Shown: positions 55,773 to 64,000 of the stretch, piece after piece | Layout: each line of letters opens with the position of its first letter | Numbering within the stretch: position 1 is the stretch's first letter | Source of the DNA: Fimbriimonadales bacterium | GTDB taxonomy: Bacteria > Armatimonadota > Fimbriimonadia > Fimbriimonadales > JABRVX01 | Length of the DNA stretch: 64,000 bases | Direction: 5' to 3' | Assembly (NCBI GenBank): GCA_045862955.1 | Contig: BTVI01000014.1 | Span: 1 to 64,000 of the forward strand | Made by a program: the position numbers and the translations under genes | The notes under the pieces: generated by a model | Told to the model about the DNA's origin: nothing | What the model saw: only the letters and a program-made list of their open reading frames with translations | Databases searched by the model: none

Positions 55773-56849
55773 ATGGCACACAAAGTGACGATTATCTTGG
55801 GGGATGGCACCGGACCGGAGCTGTGCGCAGCCACTCGCCACGTGCTGGACCATTCGGGTGCGAGCATCGAATGGGAAGAGGCGGTCGCGGGCGAGTCGGC
55901 GTTGGCTACTCACGGAACGCTCTTGCCGGAGCAGACACTCGAATCCATCCGGCGCAACGGGGTGGCGCTCAAGGGCCCAATCACCACGCCTATCGGCACC
56001 GGCTTCCGAAGTGTCAACGTGGCACTGCGGCACGAGCTGAATCTCTATGCCTGCGTAAGGCCTTGCAAGAGCTACAAAGGGGTGCGCAGCCGCTACGACA
56101 ACGTGGACTTGGTGATCGTCCGAGAGAATACCGAGGACCTGTATGCGGGTGTCGAATGGCCCAAGGGAAGTGACGAGGCCAACCGCGTGATCGAGATGTC
56201 GGGAGGGAAGATCGCAGCCGGTTCCGCCATTTCGATCAAGCCGATTTCCGAGGAGGGGTCGCGGCGCATTGTCCGCTACGCCTTCGAGTACGCGGCGAAA
56301 AACGGTCGGCGCAGAGTCACTGCGGTGTGCAAGGCCAACATCATGAAGTACACCGACGGGCTGTTCTACGACGTGGCCCGAGAGGTGGCCAAGGCCTACG
56401 AGGGGCAGATCGAGTACTCGGAGACGCTCGTGGACGCTATGTGCATGCAGCTCGTGATGCGTCCCGAGGAGTCCGACGTGCTAGTAATGCCGAACCTCTA
56501 CGGCGACATCCTGAGCGACTTGTGCGCCGGTCTCGTTGGCGGTTTGGGCGTCGCGCCGGGAGCGAACATTGGCGACAAAGGTGCGTTGTTCGAGGCTACC
56601 CACGGCTCAGCTCCCAAGTACACCGGCCAGAACAAGGTCAATCCCACGGCAATGATCTTGAGCGGCGTGCTGATGCTGCGCCACATCGGCGAGAAAGACG
56701 CCGCGGACCGCGTCGAAAGCGCGGTTGCTGCAGTCATCGAAGAAGGGAAGTACGTCACGTACGACTTCAAGCCCACCCGGGACGATCCGACTGCGGTGGG
56801 AACGTGGGAGATGGCAGACGCGATCGTCCGTCGCATGCAGAGCCTCTAG
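55773..56849 (+). CDS. Isocitrate dehydrogenase (isocitrate/isopropylmalate dehydrogenase family)
   Basis: [55 protein letters not shown]. Confidence 0.9.
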   Translation: MAHKVTIILGDGTGPELCAATRHVLDHSGASIEWEEAVAGESALATHGTLLPEQTLESIRRNGVALKGPITTPIGTGFRSVNVALRHELNLYACVRPCKSYKGVRSRYDNVDLVIVRENTEDLYAGVEWPKGSDEANRVIEMSGGKIAAGSAISIKPISEEGSRRIVRYAFEYAAKNGRRRVTAVCKANIMKYTDGLFYDVAREVAKAYEGQIEYSETLVDAMCMQLVMRPEESDVLVMPNLYGDILSDLCAGLVGGLGVAPGANIGDKGALFEATHGSAPKYTGQNKVNPTAMILSGVLMLRHIGEKDAADRVESAVAAVIEEGKYVTYDFKPTRDDPTAVGTWEMADAIVRRMQSL

Positions 56850-56873
56850 GGCGCCCGCGACGTAGCGTCCCCT

Positions 56874-57026
56874 ATGCCCCGGCCCGCGTCCGCCGGCAAG
56901 GCTTGTCACGCCGAGGGAGCAGAGAAGCGCGGAGATCGCGAAGATCATCTCCCATGCCCCTGCCCGCGTCCGCCGCTCAGCACCGACCTACGGGCCTGCT
57001 CCGGCCAGAGGACCGCGCCGGGGCAT
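56874..57026. repeat. Dispersed inverted-end element, copy left of the PEP-CTERM cluster
   Basis: ATGCCCCGGCCCGCGTCCGCC...GCCGAGGGAGCAGAGAAGCGCGGAGA...GGACCGCGCCGGGGCAT; direct repeat of the start of 60239-60545. Confidence 0.88.
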
Positions 57027-57306
57027 GAGTGGCAACCTCCGCGTCGGTACGGCAATGGGCTTTTTCGACAGGCCACTACGCGGGAACGACGAGCACTACT
57101 GCTGGAAAGGCAGCAGCCGAGCTTGCATATGCACCTTCTTGTCATTTCCGCGAAGGCGGGACCCCACTCCTCAGAATCCCGGCACACCTCTGCCTCCCAG
57201 CACCTGTTTCCGGGTCCAGTGGAGACGGGTCAAGCAGACGATTGCATCGGGCAACTGCATTTGCCTGGCCGCCACCCGCGAATCCACGGTAATGCGTGGA
57301 AAGCAC

Positions 57307-57353
57307 TTGACGGAGCGGCCAGAATACGATATGATAAAGGCACTGCTTTGGCG
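57307..57353 (+). promoter_or_regulatory. Sigma70-type promoter plus conserved 14-bp motif (PEP-CTERM gene 1)
   Basis: TTGACG-N17-TATGAT-N4-GCACTGCTTTGGCG; same layout at 59325. Confidence 0.72.
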
Positions 57354-57513
57354 GGAGCTGCATAGCTTCCGCAGTGTGTCCAGGTTGTGCCCCTGCTATA
57401 TTGGATGGTAAGTACTGAGGCAGGAACTGCATCAGGCTTCGAGGCAGACCTCTCGCTTCGTAGCGCTTGCCGGCCTGGGCCGCGCAGTCTCGATCACGAA
57501 AAGGGAGGATTAC

Positions 57514-58218
57514 ATGAAGCTTCGGGCCATCGCCCTATTTGCCTTGGTGACTCTGGCCGGGCTAAGCCGGGCAGCCCCCATCACTATCATGGACCAGATC
57601 GGTCCGGATAGCTCGTACACTCCCGGTTGGATCTACGCATCCCAGGAGACCGTAGGCTCGCCCCTTTACGAGGTGGTGTCAGCCGACGACTTTGCGACCG
57701 TGGCTTCCGGCTACATCATTACGAAAGTTCAGGCGGTAATCGGCTTCTACAACGAAGCCGGACCCGCGGCCGGTCCCAACGACGTGTACGCCTATCGGCT
57801 GGAGATCTACTCGAGCCCCACCGCAGCCGGCAACAGCCTATCCGGCGATGTTGCGCATTACCTGTTCGGGCCCGAGCAGCTCCAGGTGACACCTTGGGCA
57901 ACCGACTTTGCGAACCAGCACCTGGTGACGATCACCGGCCTCAACCTCGTCCTCACACCGAACCAGACCTACTGGGTCGGGCTGATTCCGGTCATGCCGC
58001 TGCAGGGCCTCGGTTGGTCCGGCATCGGTGCCTCGACCTACGCCGGAGAGCCCGCGAACGGGTCCGCTGTACAAGCAAACCCGAATGGCGGATTCGGCAA
58101 CGGTCCTTCGTGGACGGTATCAGCCAACTTCGCGTACCGGATCGAGGCCGTTCCGGAGCCTAGCTCGGCAGCCCTTCTGGGGCTCGGAGCGCTTGCACTG
58201 GTGCGAAGGCGACGATAG
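57514..58218 (+). CDS. PEP-CTERM protein (paralogue 1)
   Basis: GGGAGG SD, signal peptide, IMDQIGP..ASQ..DDF domain, C-terminal VPEPSSAALLGLGALALVRRRR. Confidence 0.92.
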   Translation: MKLRAIALFALVTLAGLSRAAPITIMDQIGPDSSYTPGWIYASQETVGSPLYEVVSADDFATVASGYIITKVQAVIGFYNEAGPAAGPNDVYAYRLEIYSSPTAAGNSLSGDVAHYLFGPEQLQVTPWATDFANQHLVTITGLNLVLTPNQTYWVGLIPVMPLQGLGWSGIGASTYAGEPANGSAVQANPNGGFGNGPSWTVSANFAYRIEAVPEPSSAALLGLGALALVRRRR

Positions 58219-58349
58219 TGAACTCAGTCCTCCGTCGGCCCTCCCACGGGCCGCGGTGCTTTGGAAAGGGGCGGCTCTCGAGCCGCCCCTTCCATCTTGC
58301 GCCAGCCGCGAGCCGGATCGGATGTCTCGCTGCCCACCAACGGCACGAT

Positions 58350-58364
58350 CGGCACAGAACTTGC
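58350..58364 (+). promoter_or_regulatory. Putative sigma54 (-24/-12) promoter (PEP-CTERM gene 2)
   Basis: CGGCAC-AGAAC-TTGC fits YGGCAC-N5-TTGC, 100 bp upstream of the ATG. Confidence 0.55.
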
Positions 58365-58464
58365 CCTCGGATGGGGTGAATGTTCTGGCGGGCGCTCGGA
58401 CGAGCGCACCAAGCATGCGGTCTGCGCTCGTTTGCGTCGGCGTGAGACAGAAAGGGAATCCAAT

Positions 58465-59166
58465 ATGACGACACGAACCCTCGCCATCTCTGCCTTGGCA
58501 CTAGCCACTGGCATGGCCCGGGCAGAAACGATCATGGACCAGATCGGTCCGGACAACTCGTATACGCCTGGATGGATCTATGCCTCCCAGGAAACCGTGG
58601 GGTCACCCCTGTACGAGGTAGTCGCGGCGGACGACTTCACTACCACCGACACCGGCTACATCCTCAGCAGCGTCGAGGCGGTTATCGGCTTCTTCAACGA
58701 GAATGGAAGCGCCGCCGGACCCGAGGACGTGTATGCCTACCGACTCGAAATCTACTCCAGCCAGGCTGCTGCCGGAAATAATCTGGCCGGCGACGTAGGG
58801 CACTACCTCTTCGGCCCCGAGCAACTGCTCGTGACGCCTTGGGCTACGGACTACGCGAACCAACACCTGGTGACGATCACCGGCCTGAACCTGGAGCTTG
58901 CACCCAACCAGACGTACTGGGTCGGCCTAATCCCCGTGATGCCGCTGCAGGGCCTCGGTTGGTCCGGCATCGGTGCATCTACCTATCCGGGGTATCTGGC
59001 TAACAGCTCGTCGCTGCAGGCGAACCCGAGCGGCGGGTTCGGCAACGGTTCCTCCTGGGGAACGCCGGTCAACCTTGCGTACCGGGTGAACGCGGTGCCC
59101 GAGCCGGGCACGCTGGTCGCTCTCGGCATCGGTCTGGCTGCACTGGCTCGACGGCGCAGAAGCTAG
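58465..59166 (+). CDS. PEP-CTERM protein (paralogue 2)
   Basis: Signal peptide MTTRTLAISALALATGMARA; closely similar to paralogue 1; VPEPGTLVALGIGLAALARRRRS. Confidence 0.92.
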   Translation: MTTRTLAISALALATGMARAETIMDQIGPDNSYTPGWIYASQETVGSPLYEVVAADDFTTTDTGYILSSVEAVIGFFNENGSAAGPEDVYAYRLEIYSSQAAAGNNLAGDVGHYLFGPEQLLVTPWATDYANQHLVTITGLNLELAPNQTYWVGLIPVMPLQGLGWSGIGASTYPGYLANSSSLQANPSGGFGNGSSWGTPVNLAYRVNAVPEPGTLVALGIGLAALARRRRS

Positions 59167-59324
59167 TCTCGATCTCCCGCCGACGAGCCGTACGGAGCCG
59201 AATAGTCACGTTCGCCACGCGCGACTACGCTCTCTGACAGCCAAATACTTAGAATATGCAAGCATCGGGCACCTCGAGTTACGGGGCGAGCCCAGCAAAT
59301 ATACCAGAATCTGGTTCGAGGCCC

Positions 59325-59371
59325 TTGACGGTCCAAAGGACCTGTTGTAAGATACGCGCACTGCTTTGGCG
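59325..59371 (+). promoter_or_regulatory. Sigma70-type promoter plus conserved 14-bp motif (PEP-CTERM gene 3)
   Basis: TTGACG-N17-TAAGAT-N4-GCACTGCTTTGGCG. Confidence 0.72.
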
Positions 59372-59448
59372 AGCGCGGTGGCGCTCTTGCTTTGTGATCG
59401 GGTCGCGCTCCTCCTGTAATCTGGTGCCAATCGGAAAAGGAGTGCACT

Positions 59449-60147
59449 ATGAAGATCCGAACTCTCACTATCTTCGCCATGGTAGCTGCAGCTACGCTTG
59501 GCCGAGCGGCTGTCATCATGGACCAGATCGGTCCTAACAACAGCTATCAGTCCGGTAACATCCACGCGTCGCAGGACTTCGAGGCTGCGTTCGACGCTTA
59601 CGACATCGGGACGCTCGACGACTTCACTACCACTTCGTCTGCGTTCAAGGTCACGCAGGTCGAGGCCGTCATCGGCTTCTGGAACGGTGGCACGGGACCT
59701 GCAGGCATCACCCGCTATCGCCTGGAGTTCTACTCGAGCCCGGCAGCTGCAGGGTCGAGCCTGACGGGTGACGTGGCAAGTCTTTCCCTTGCGCCCGGTT
59801 CGGTGACTGTCACGCCTTGGAACCTCCCGAGCTACTATCAGCACCTCGTGACCATCTCGGGCCTGTCAGTGACCCTGAACCCGAACCAGACGTACTGGGT
59901 CGCGCTCATTCCGGTGATGGACTTCTCGGGTTTTGGGCAGGTCGGCATCGCGGAGACCTCCAACTTCGCCGGGACCTTCCCGATGAACAACAACAACGTC
60001 CAGGCCAACCCCAATGGTGGCTTCGGTATGGGCCGATACTGGACCGTGGGGACCAACTCGGCCTATCGCATCAACGCGGTTCCTGAGCCGGGTACGCTGG
60101 CGGTCCTCGGGCTGGGCCTCTTGGGTCTGATCCGACGCCGACGCTAG
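59449..60147 (+). CDS. PEP-CTERM protein (paralogue 3)
   Basis: AAAGGAG SD, signal peptide, IMDQIGP, PNQTYWV, QANPNGGFG, VPEPGTLAVLGLGLLGLIRRRR. Confidence 0.92.
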   Translation: MKIRTLTIFAMVAAATLGRAAVIMDQIGPNNSYQSGNIHASQDFEAAFDAYDIGTLDDFTTTSSAFKVTQVEAVIGFWNGGTGPAGITRYRLEFYSSPAAAGSSLTGDVASLSLAPGSVTVTPWNLPSYYQHLVTISGLSVTLNPNQTYWVALIPVMDFSGFGQVGIAETSNFAGTFPMNNNNVQANPNGGFGMGRYWTVGTNSAYRINAVPEPGTLAVLGLGLLGLIRRRR

Positions 60148-60238
60148 TCACCACCTAGGTGCGGGACCCAATTCCGGGTCCGATGTACGAACGGGGCAGT
60201 TCGCACGAACTGCCCCGTTTGGCTCGACTCCCCTCCCC

Positions 60239-60545
60239 ATGCCCCGGCCCGCGTCTACCGGCAGGGCTTGCCGTGCCGAGGGAGCAGAGAAGCGCGGAGA
60301 GCATCTCCCATGCCCCGGCCCGCGTCCGCCGCCCAGCACCGACCTGCCCATGCCTCGATGTTTCGGCTGCGGGTCGCGGCAAAGCTCCGCTCTAGACCGC
60401 CTGCAGCAGCCGAACGTCGAGGCACAGAGAAGGACCGCGCCGGGGCACGAGTCGAGCCTCGACGTTCGGCTGCTTTGTTGGCGATGGACGTGCGGTTCAG
60501 TGCAATCGGCAGCCGAAACGTCTAGGCATGGAACCGCGCCGGGGC
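60239..60545. repeat. Dispersed inverted-end element, copy right of the PEP-CTERM cluster, with nested inverted repeats
   Basis: First ~105 bp match the 56874 copy; internal pairs CATGCCTCGATGTTTCGGCTGC / GCAGCCGAAACGTCTAGGCATG and GCAGCCGAACGTCGAGGC / GCCTCGACGTTCGGCTGC. Confidence 0.85.
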
Positions 60546-60664
60546 CAAACTCCCAGCGGCCCTCGTCACGCGGCAGGAGCCCTGTGAGCAACAGGAGACC
60601 GATCACCCGACGGGGAACGGAGGTTCCAGGACTGCGCAGAATGCCGCAAGTTGGAGGTGCATGG

Positions 60665-63454
60665 ATGCTGTTGCTCGCCATGGCTCTGCTCACTGCTCGA
60701 GCGAACGGGCCGACTGCCGCCCTGCCTTGGTTCACCGAGGCCGACATCGTGGGTGCTCTTCGGTTGGCGGCACCCGCCGACCCGTTGCCGGCAGCCGACG
60801 GCACAGCAGGCAAGGGTGTGCAACTCGCACGCGAGTTCGCCATCGAAAACCCCCTCCTCAGCTCCGAACAGGGGCTCATCAGCTTCTGGGTCCGCCCGAA
60901 CTGGGACGGCAACGACGGCAGACGCCATATCTTCCTGCGCCTGGGTGACCCCGACAAGAACGGCATCCTGGTGGAGAAGGCTGCGTCGGGCATGCTGCGA
61001 TACGTGATGGCATCTCCCGCCGCCGTGACCGTCGGAAGGACGGACGTGACCCACTGGCGCAAGGGCGAGTGGCACCAGATAGCCATCGGCTGGTATCGCA
61101 ATGAGGAAGGAAAGCCCCTCGGCCTACCGCTTTGGGTGGACAAAGTGGCAAGGGATGGCCGCATTGCAGGCTACAACACCTTCTTCGACTCTCAGAGCAT
61201 GACCGACCGACGGATCGTCATCGGCGACAGCACCGCGGATGCGGCGATGGACGAGCTGATTTTTCGGAGCAAGCTCTACGACAAACACCCGCCGGACCAG
61301 ATCGAGACCATCTACCGCGACTGGTTCCTCACCGCACCGTTCTCGGCTATCAGCGTAGACCCCGAGCCTTGCTGCGTGCCTGCTGATAGACGAGTGATCG
61401 CAGGGTATCAGAAGCAGTTCGGGCTGAAGGCGAGACTGCCGAGCGGATTCGAGCGCATCACCGACTTCGCGGTTCGCTATGGCCAGTGGTCCGAGTTCGA
61501 TGCCAAGCCCTTCATTCGCTGGGGTGTGGACAAGCCCGAGATCGCCACGGTGGACGAGAACGGACTGGTGACCGGACACAAAGTCGGGCGGTGTCGCCTG
61601 ACCGCGGAGTTCCGCTGGATGCGCGCAACGTATGACATCGAGGTGATACCCGCCGATCAGCCGGACCTGAGTGTGCTGTGGGTGGAGATGCTTCCTCGCT
61701 ATCCCTGGGACCAAGCGAAGGATCGCCCATCGCCAGGGGAGACTGTGGAGACGGTGGTGCACATCGGAAACTACGGCTTCGCCCGCTCGGCCCCCGAGGT
61801 GTTCGTGCGCTTCGAACTGCTGCCGGACGCGAATCGGAACTTTCGCCTGGACGAAGGGGAGCGGGCGGTGGAGGTCGCGCTCGAGACGATAGGCTCCTTG
61901 ACACCGCTCGAGCAGAAGACCGTACGGTTCTCCTGGCAGTGGCGCGAGGAGCCGACCTGGGTGCGAGTGACAGTGGATCCTACCCGCGCGTCGCAAGATC
62001 TCTGCTTACCTAACAACACCCGTTGCGACCTCAATATCGCGCGGCCCCTGCGCATGGCGTTTCCGCCGAAGGCGCGAGAGGATACCTACGCGGAGAAGAA
62101 GATCAACCTAGTCGGATCGTTCAACTACTACGACTGGGTGCATGCAGAGGTGCAGCGCTTGCAGGTGATGATGCAGGAGGCCGTCTACCCGACCACCAGT
62201 CCCGATGGCATACGCGATGCCGTTCGGATCGACAACTTCTTCGATCTGCAAGGGGGCGAATGGGAGAAGGAACCTTGGGTGGTAAATGAGCGGTACTACG
62301 ACGGCGGATTCCCCATCAACGAGCCGGTGAACCTGATGGCGATCGATTCTGCCATTATCCACGAGTTCGGGCATACCTGCCTCGCGCTGCCCGACCTATA
62401 CGGCTACCCGGTGCGAGCCTGGAACGTGCTGCTGAAGGACGAGAACGGCGAGTCCTATGGCGGTGGCCCCCTGTTACCCGTAGTAGGTGCGGACGGCATC
62501 ATCACGTTCTCGACCGCTAACGACGTTCCCTGTGCCGTTGGCTACACGCCGCTAATGGACTTCTGCCATTTGTGGTTCCACCCCGCTCACGCCGGACAAG
62601 TGCAGTACTTCGCGGGCTTTCGCGGCAGCCGCTTTTGGGGCGTACAAGGTCGCTTGATCCCGTGGAGGGAGCACTTTCTGCAGGTGTACGATTTCGAAGA
62701 CAAGCCACTGGTAGGTGCTGCGGTCTACATATACCACGTCACCCAGACCGATGCGCAGGACGCCACCACCAAGTTCTTCGCTGACAGGCCGAAATTTGTG
62801 GGTAACACCGACAAGGATGGCAGGTACCTCTTCCCGGAGACGACCGACGAGAGCTGGGACGATCCAGACACCGACCCGGTCGAAGGTGCCTGGCCAGTGT
62901 GGAATCCCTTCGGCCGTGCAAAGACGACCACCGGCGCACCACCGGACACAGCCTTTACACCCAACGTATGGACGGTGGAGGGGCTGCTCTTGATCAAGGT
63001 GGTATGCGGCGACCAGGTGGAGTTCGCATGGTTGTCGCTGACCGAGCTCAACGAGGCTTTCTTCCGCGGCGAGCGCATCCGCGGGGTGTATCCGATCCGT
63101 ACCAGCCTACGGCCTGTTAGTGGTACCACTCCCATCGTCCGTCGTGCGGTCCCCGAAGCCATTCGCGAAGTCAACAAGCGGCCGATTGCGGTGGTACCAC
63201 CCGAGATCACGGTGCGGTGCGGAGAGGCGTTCGCGATCGACGCCTCCCAATGTAGCGATCCCGAGGGACAGCCGCTCGTCTACCGGTGGGTGCGTTCGTC
63301 AGGGAACGTCTCGCCCGTGTTCTGGACCGAGGCGAAGCTAGCTGGCACGGCGCCCGATGAGCCGGGAGAGGCAGAGTACAAGCTGTTAGTGATTGACGGT
63401 CTTCGCGTCAGCGAGCCTGCGGTGGTGAAGCTCAGATTCGTGAAGGCCGACTAG
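60665..63454 (+). CDS. Large secreted multidomain protein: LamG-like, Ig-like, CARDB-like, HEXXH metallopeptidase-like, C-terminal PKD/Ig-like
   Basis: GGAGGT SD and signal peptide; ISFWVRPNW..WHQIAIGW..MDEL; IATVDENGLVTG; PDLSV..N.G..VDP..NN; IIHEFGHTCLALPDLY; IDASQCSDPEGQPLVYRW. Confidence 0.75.
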   Translation: MLLLAMALLTARANGPTAALPWFTEADIVGALRLAAPADPLPAADGTAGKGVQLAREFAIENPLLSSEQGLISFWVRPNWDGNDGRRHIFLRLGDPDKNGILVEKAASGMLRYVMASPAAVTVGRTDVTHWRKGEWHQIAIGWYRNEEGKPLGLPLWVDKVARDGRIAGYNTFFDSQSMTDRRIVIGDSTADAAMDELIFRSKLYDKHPPDQIETIYRDWFLTAPFSAISVDPEPCCVPADRRVIAGYQKQFGLKARLPSGFERITDFAVRYGQWSEFDAKPFIRWGVDKPEIATVDENGLVTGHKVGRCRLTAEFRWMRATYDIEVIPADQPDLSVLWVEMLPRYPWDQAKDRPSPGETVETVVHIGNYGFARSAPEVFVRFELLPDANRNFRLDEGERAVEVALETIGSLTPLEQKTVRFSWQWREEPTWVRVTVDPTRASQDLCLPNNTRCDLNIARPLRMAFPPKAREDTYAEKKINLVGSFNYYDWVHAEVQRLQVMMQEAVYPTTSPDGIRDAVRIDNFFDLQGGEWEKEPWVVNERYYDGGFPINEPVNLMAIDSAIIHEFGHTCLALPDLYGYPVRAWNVLLKDENGESYGGGPLLPVVGADGIITFSTANDVPCAVGYTPLMDFCHLWFHPAHAGQVQYFAGFRGSRFWGVQGRLIPWREHFLQVYDFEDKPLVGAAVYIYHVTQTDAQDATTKFFADRPKFVGNTDKDGRYLFPETTDESWDDPDTDPVEGAWPVWNPFGRAKTTTGAPPDTAFTPNVWTVEGLLLIKVVCGDQVEFAWLSLTELNEAFFRGERIRGVYPIRTSLRPVSGTTPIVRRAVPEAIREVNKRPIAVVPPEITVRCGEAFAIDASQCSDPEGQPLVYRWVRSSGNVSPVFWTEAKLAGTAPDEPGEAEYKLLVIDGLRVSEPAVVKLRFVKAD

Positions 63455-63858
63455 TCCTCGCGCGGGCGGAAGTCGAGGCTCGCGGAGTTGATGCAGTAGC
63501 GCAATCCGGTCGGTTCGGGACCGTCGGCGAACAGGTGCCCCAAGTGTCCGCCGCAGCGAGCGCACGTGGCTTCGATGCGGTGCATCCCGAAGCTGTGGTC
63601 CTCATGCAGTGCGATGCGCTCGCGATCCACTGCGTCCCAGAAGCTGGGCCACCCCGAGCCGGAGTCGTACTTGTGGTCGGAGCGGAACAGCTCGATGCCG
63701 CAGCCGCCGCAAACGTAGGCGCCGTGCCTTTTCTCGTTCCAATACGCTCCCGTGAATGCGGGTTCGGTTCCCTTACGTCTCAGTATGTCGTATCGCTCGG
63801 GCCCCAGCTGCTCGAGCCACTCTTGCTCGGACTTGCGTTGGTACTCGATTTCCTGCAT
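63451..63858 (-). CDS. msrB: Peptide-methionine (R)-S-oxide reductase
   Basis: GTEPAFTG, CGGC, SGSGWPSF, CARCGGHLGHLF.DGP, RYCINS. Confidence 0.96.
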   Translation of the reverse strand: MQEIEYQRKSEQEWLEQLGPERYDILRRKGTEPAFTGAYWNEKRHGAYVCGGCGIELFRSDHKYDSGSGWPSFWDAVDRERIALHEDHSFGMHRIEATCARCGGHLGHLFADGPEPTGLRYCINSASLDFRPRED

Positions 63859-64000
63859 GAAGCGTTCACCCCCCTGCTTCAGAACGCGGCGGATTGCCAC
63901 ATTGTTTCGACTATCGCCTGCCTACTGCACTCAAGCCCACGTCTATGAACTGCCCACCCCCGGTCTGTCGGCAGGTCGCGGCGAGGAGATTCGGCCCTTG

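Noticed and set aside
57514..59166. Paralogues 1 and 2 as a diversity-generating retroelement TR/VR pair
   Set aside because: Differences are mostly synonymous, not adenine-specific; both are full genes; no reverse transcriptase in the window

Overview
GC-rich bacterial chromosomal window with no recognisable transposase, integrase, cas or phage genes. LPS-core genes (kdsA, heptose-7-P kinase), four PEP-CTERM proteins, small outer-membrane barrels and secreted proteins with dockerin-like tails indicate a diderm. Armatimonadota-like is my inference only. Housekeeping content: tRNA-Arg(CCG), tRNA-Pro(TGG), deoC, a split complex I cluster (nuoA-C-D-E-F, then a repeat array and a GH4 gene, then nuoG; no nuoB or nuoH-N), prs, acyP, fused secDF, RNase G/E, family-5 UDG, an incomplete liv ABC operon, acyl-CoA dehydrogenase, isocitrate dehydrogenase and msrB. 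Most unusual signals: (1) an MshEN-domain/Ser-Thr pseudokinase fusion followed by an FlhG/MinD homologue with both Walker A lysines changed to Arg; (2) two neighbouring genes whose Shine-Dalgarno sequences point at near-cognate start codons (ATA, ACG); (3) three tandem PEP-CTERM paralogues with contrasting sigma70 and sigma54-type promoters, bracketed by copies of a dispersed repeat; (4) many intergenic palindromic repeats (118-, 60-, 188/189- and 291-bp tandem arrays, REPIN-like doublets). All family calls come from reading motifs by eye, not from database searches.
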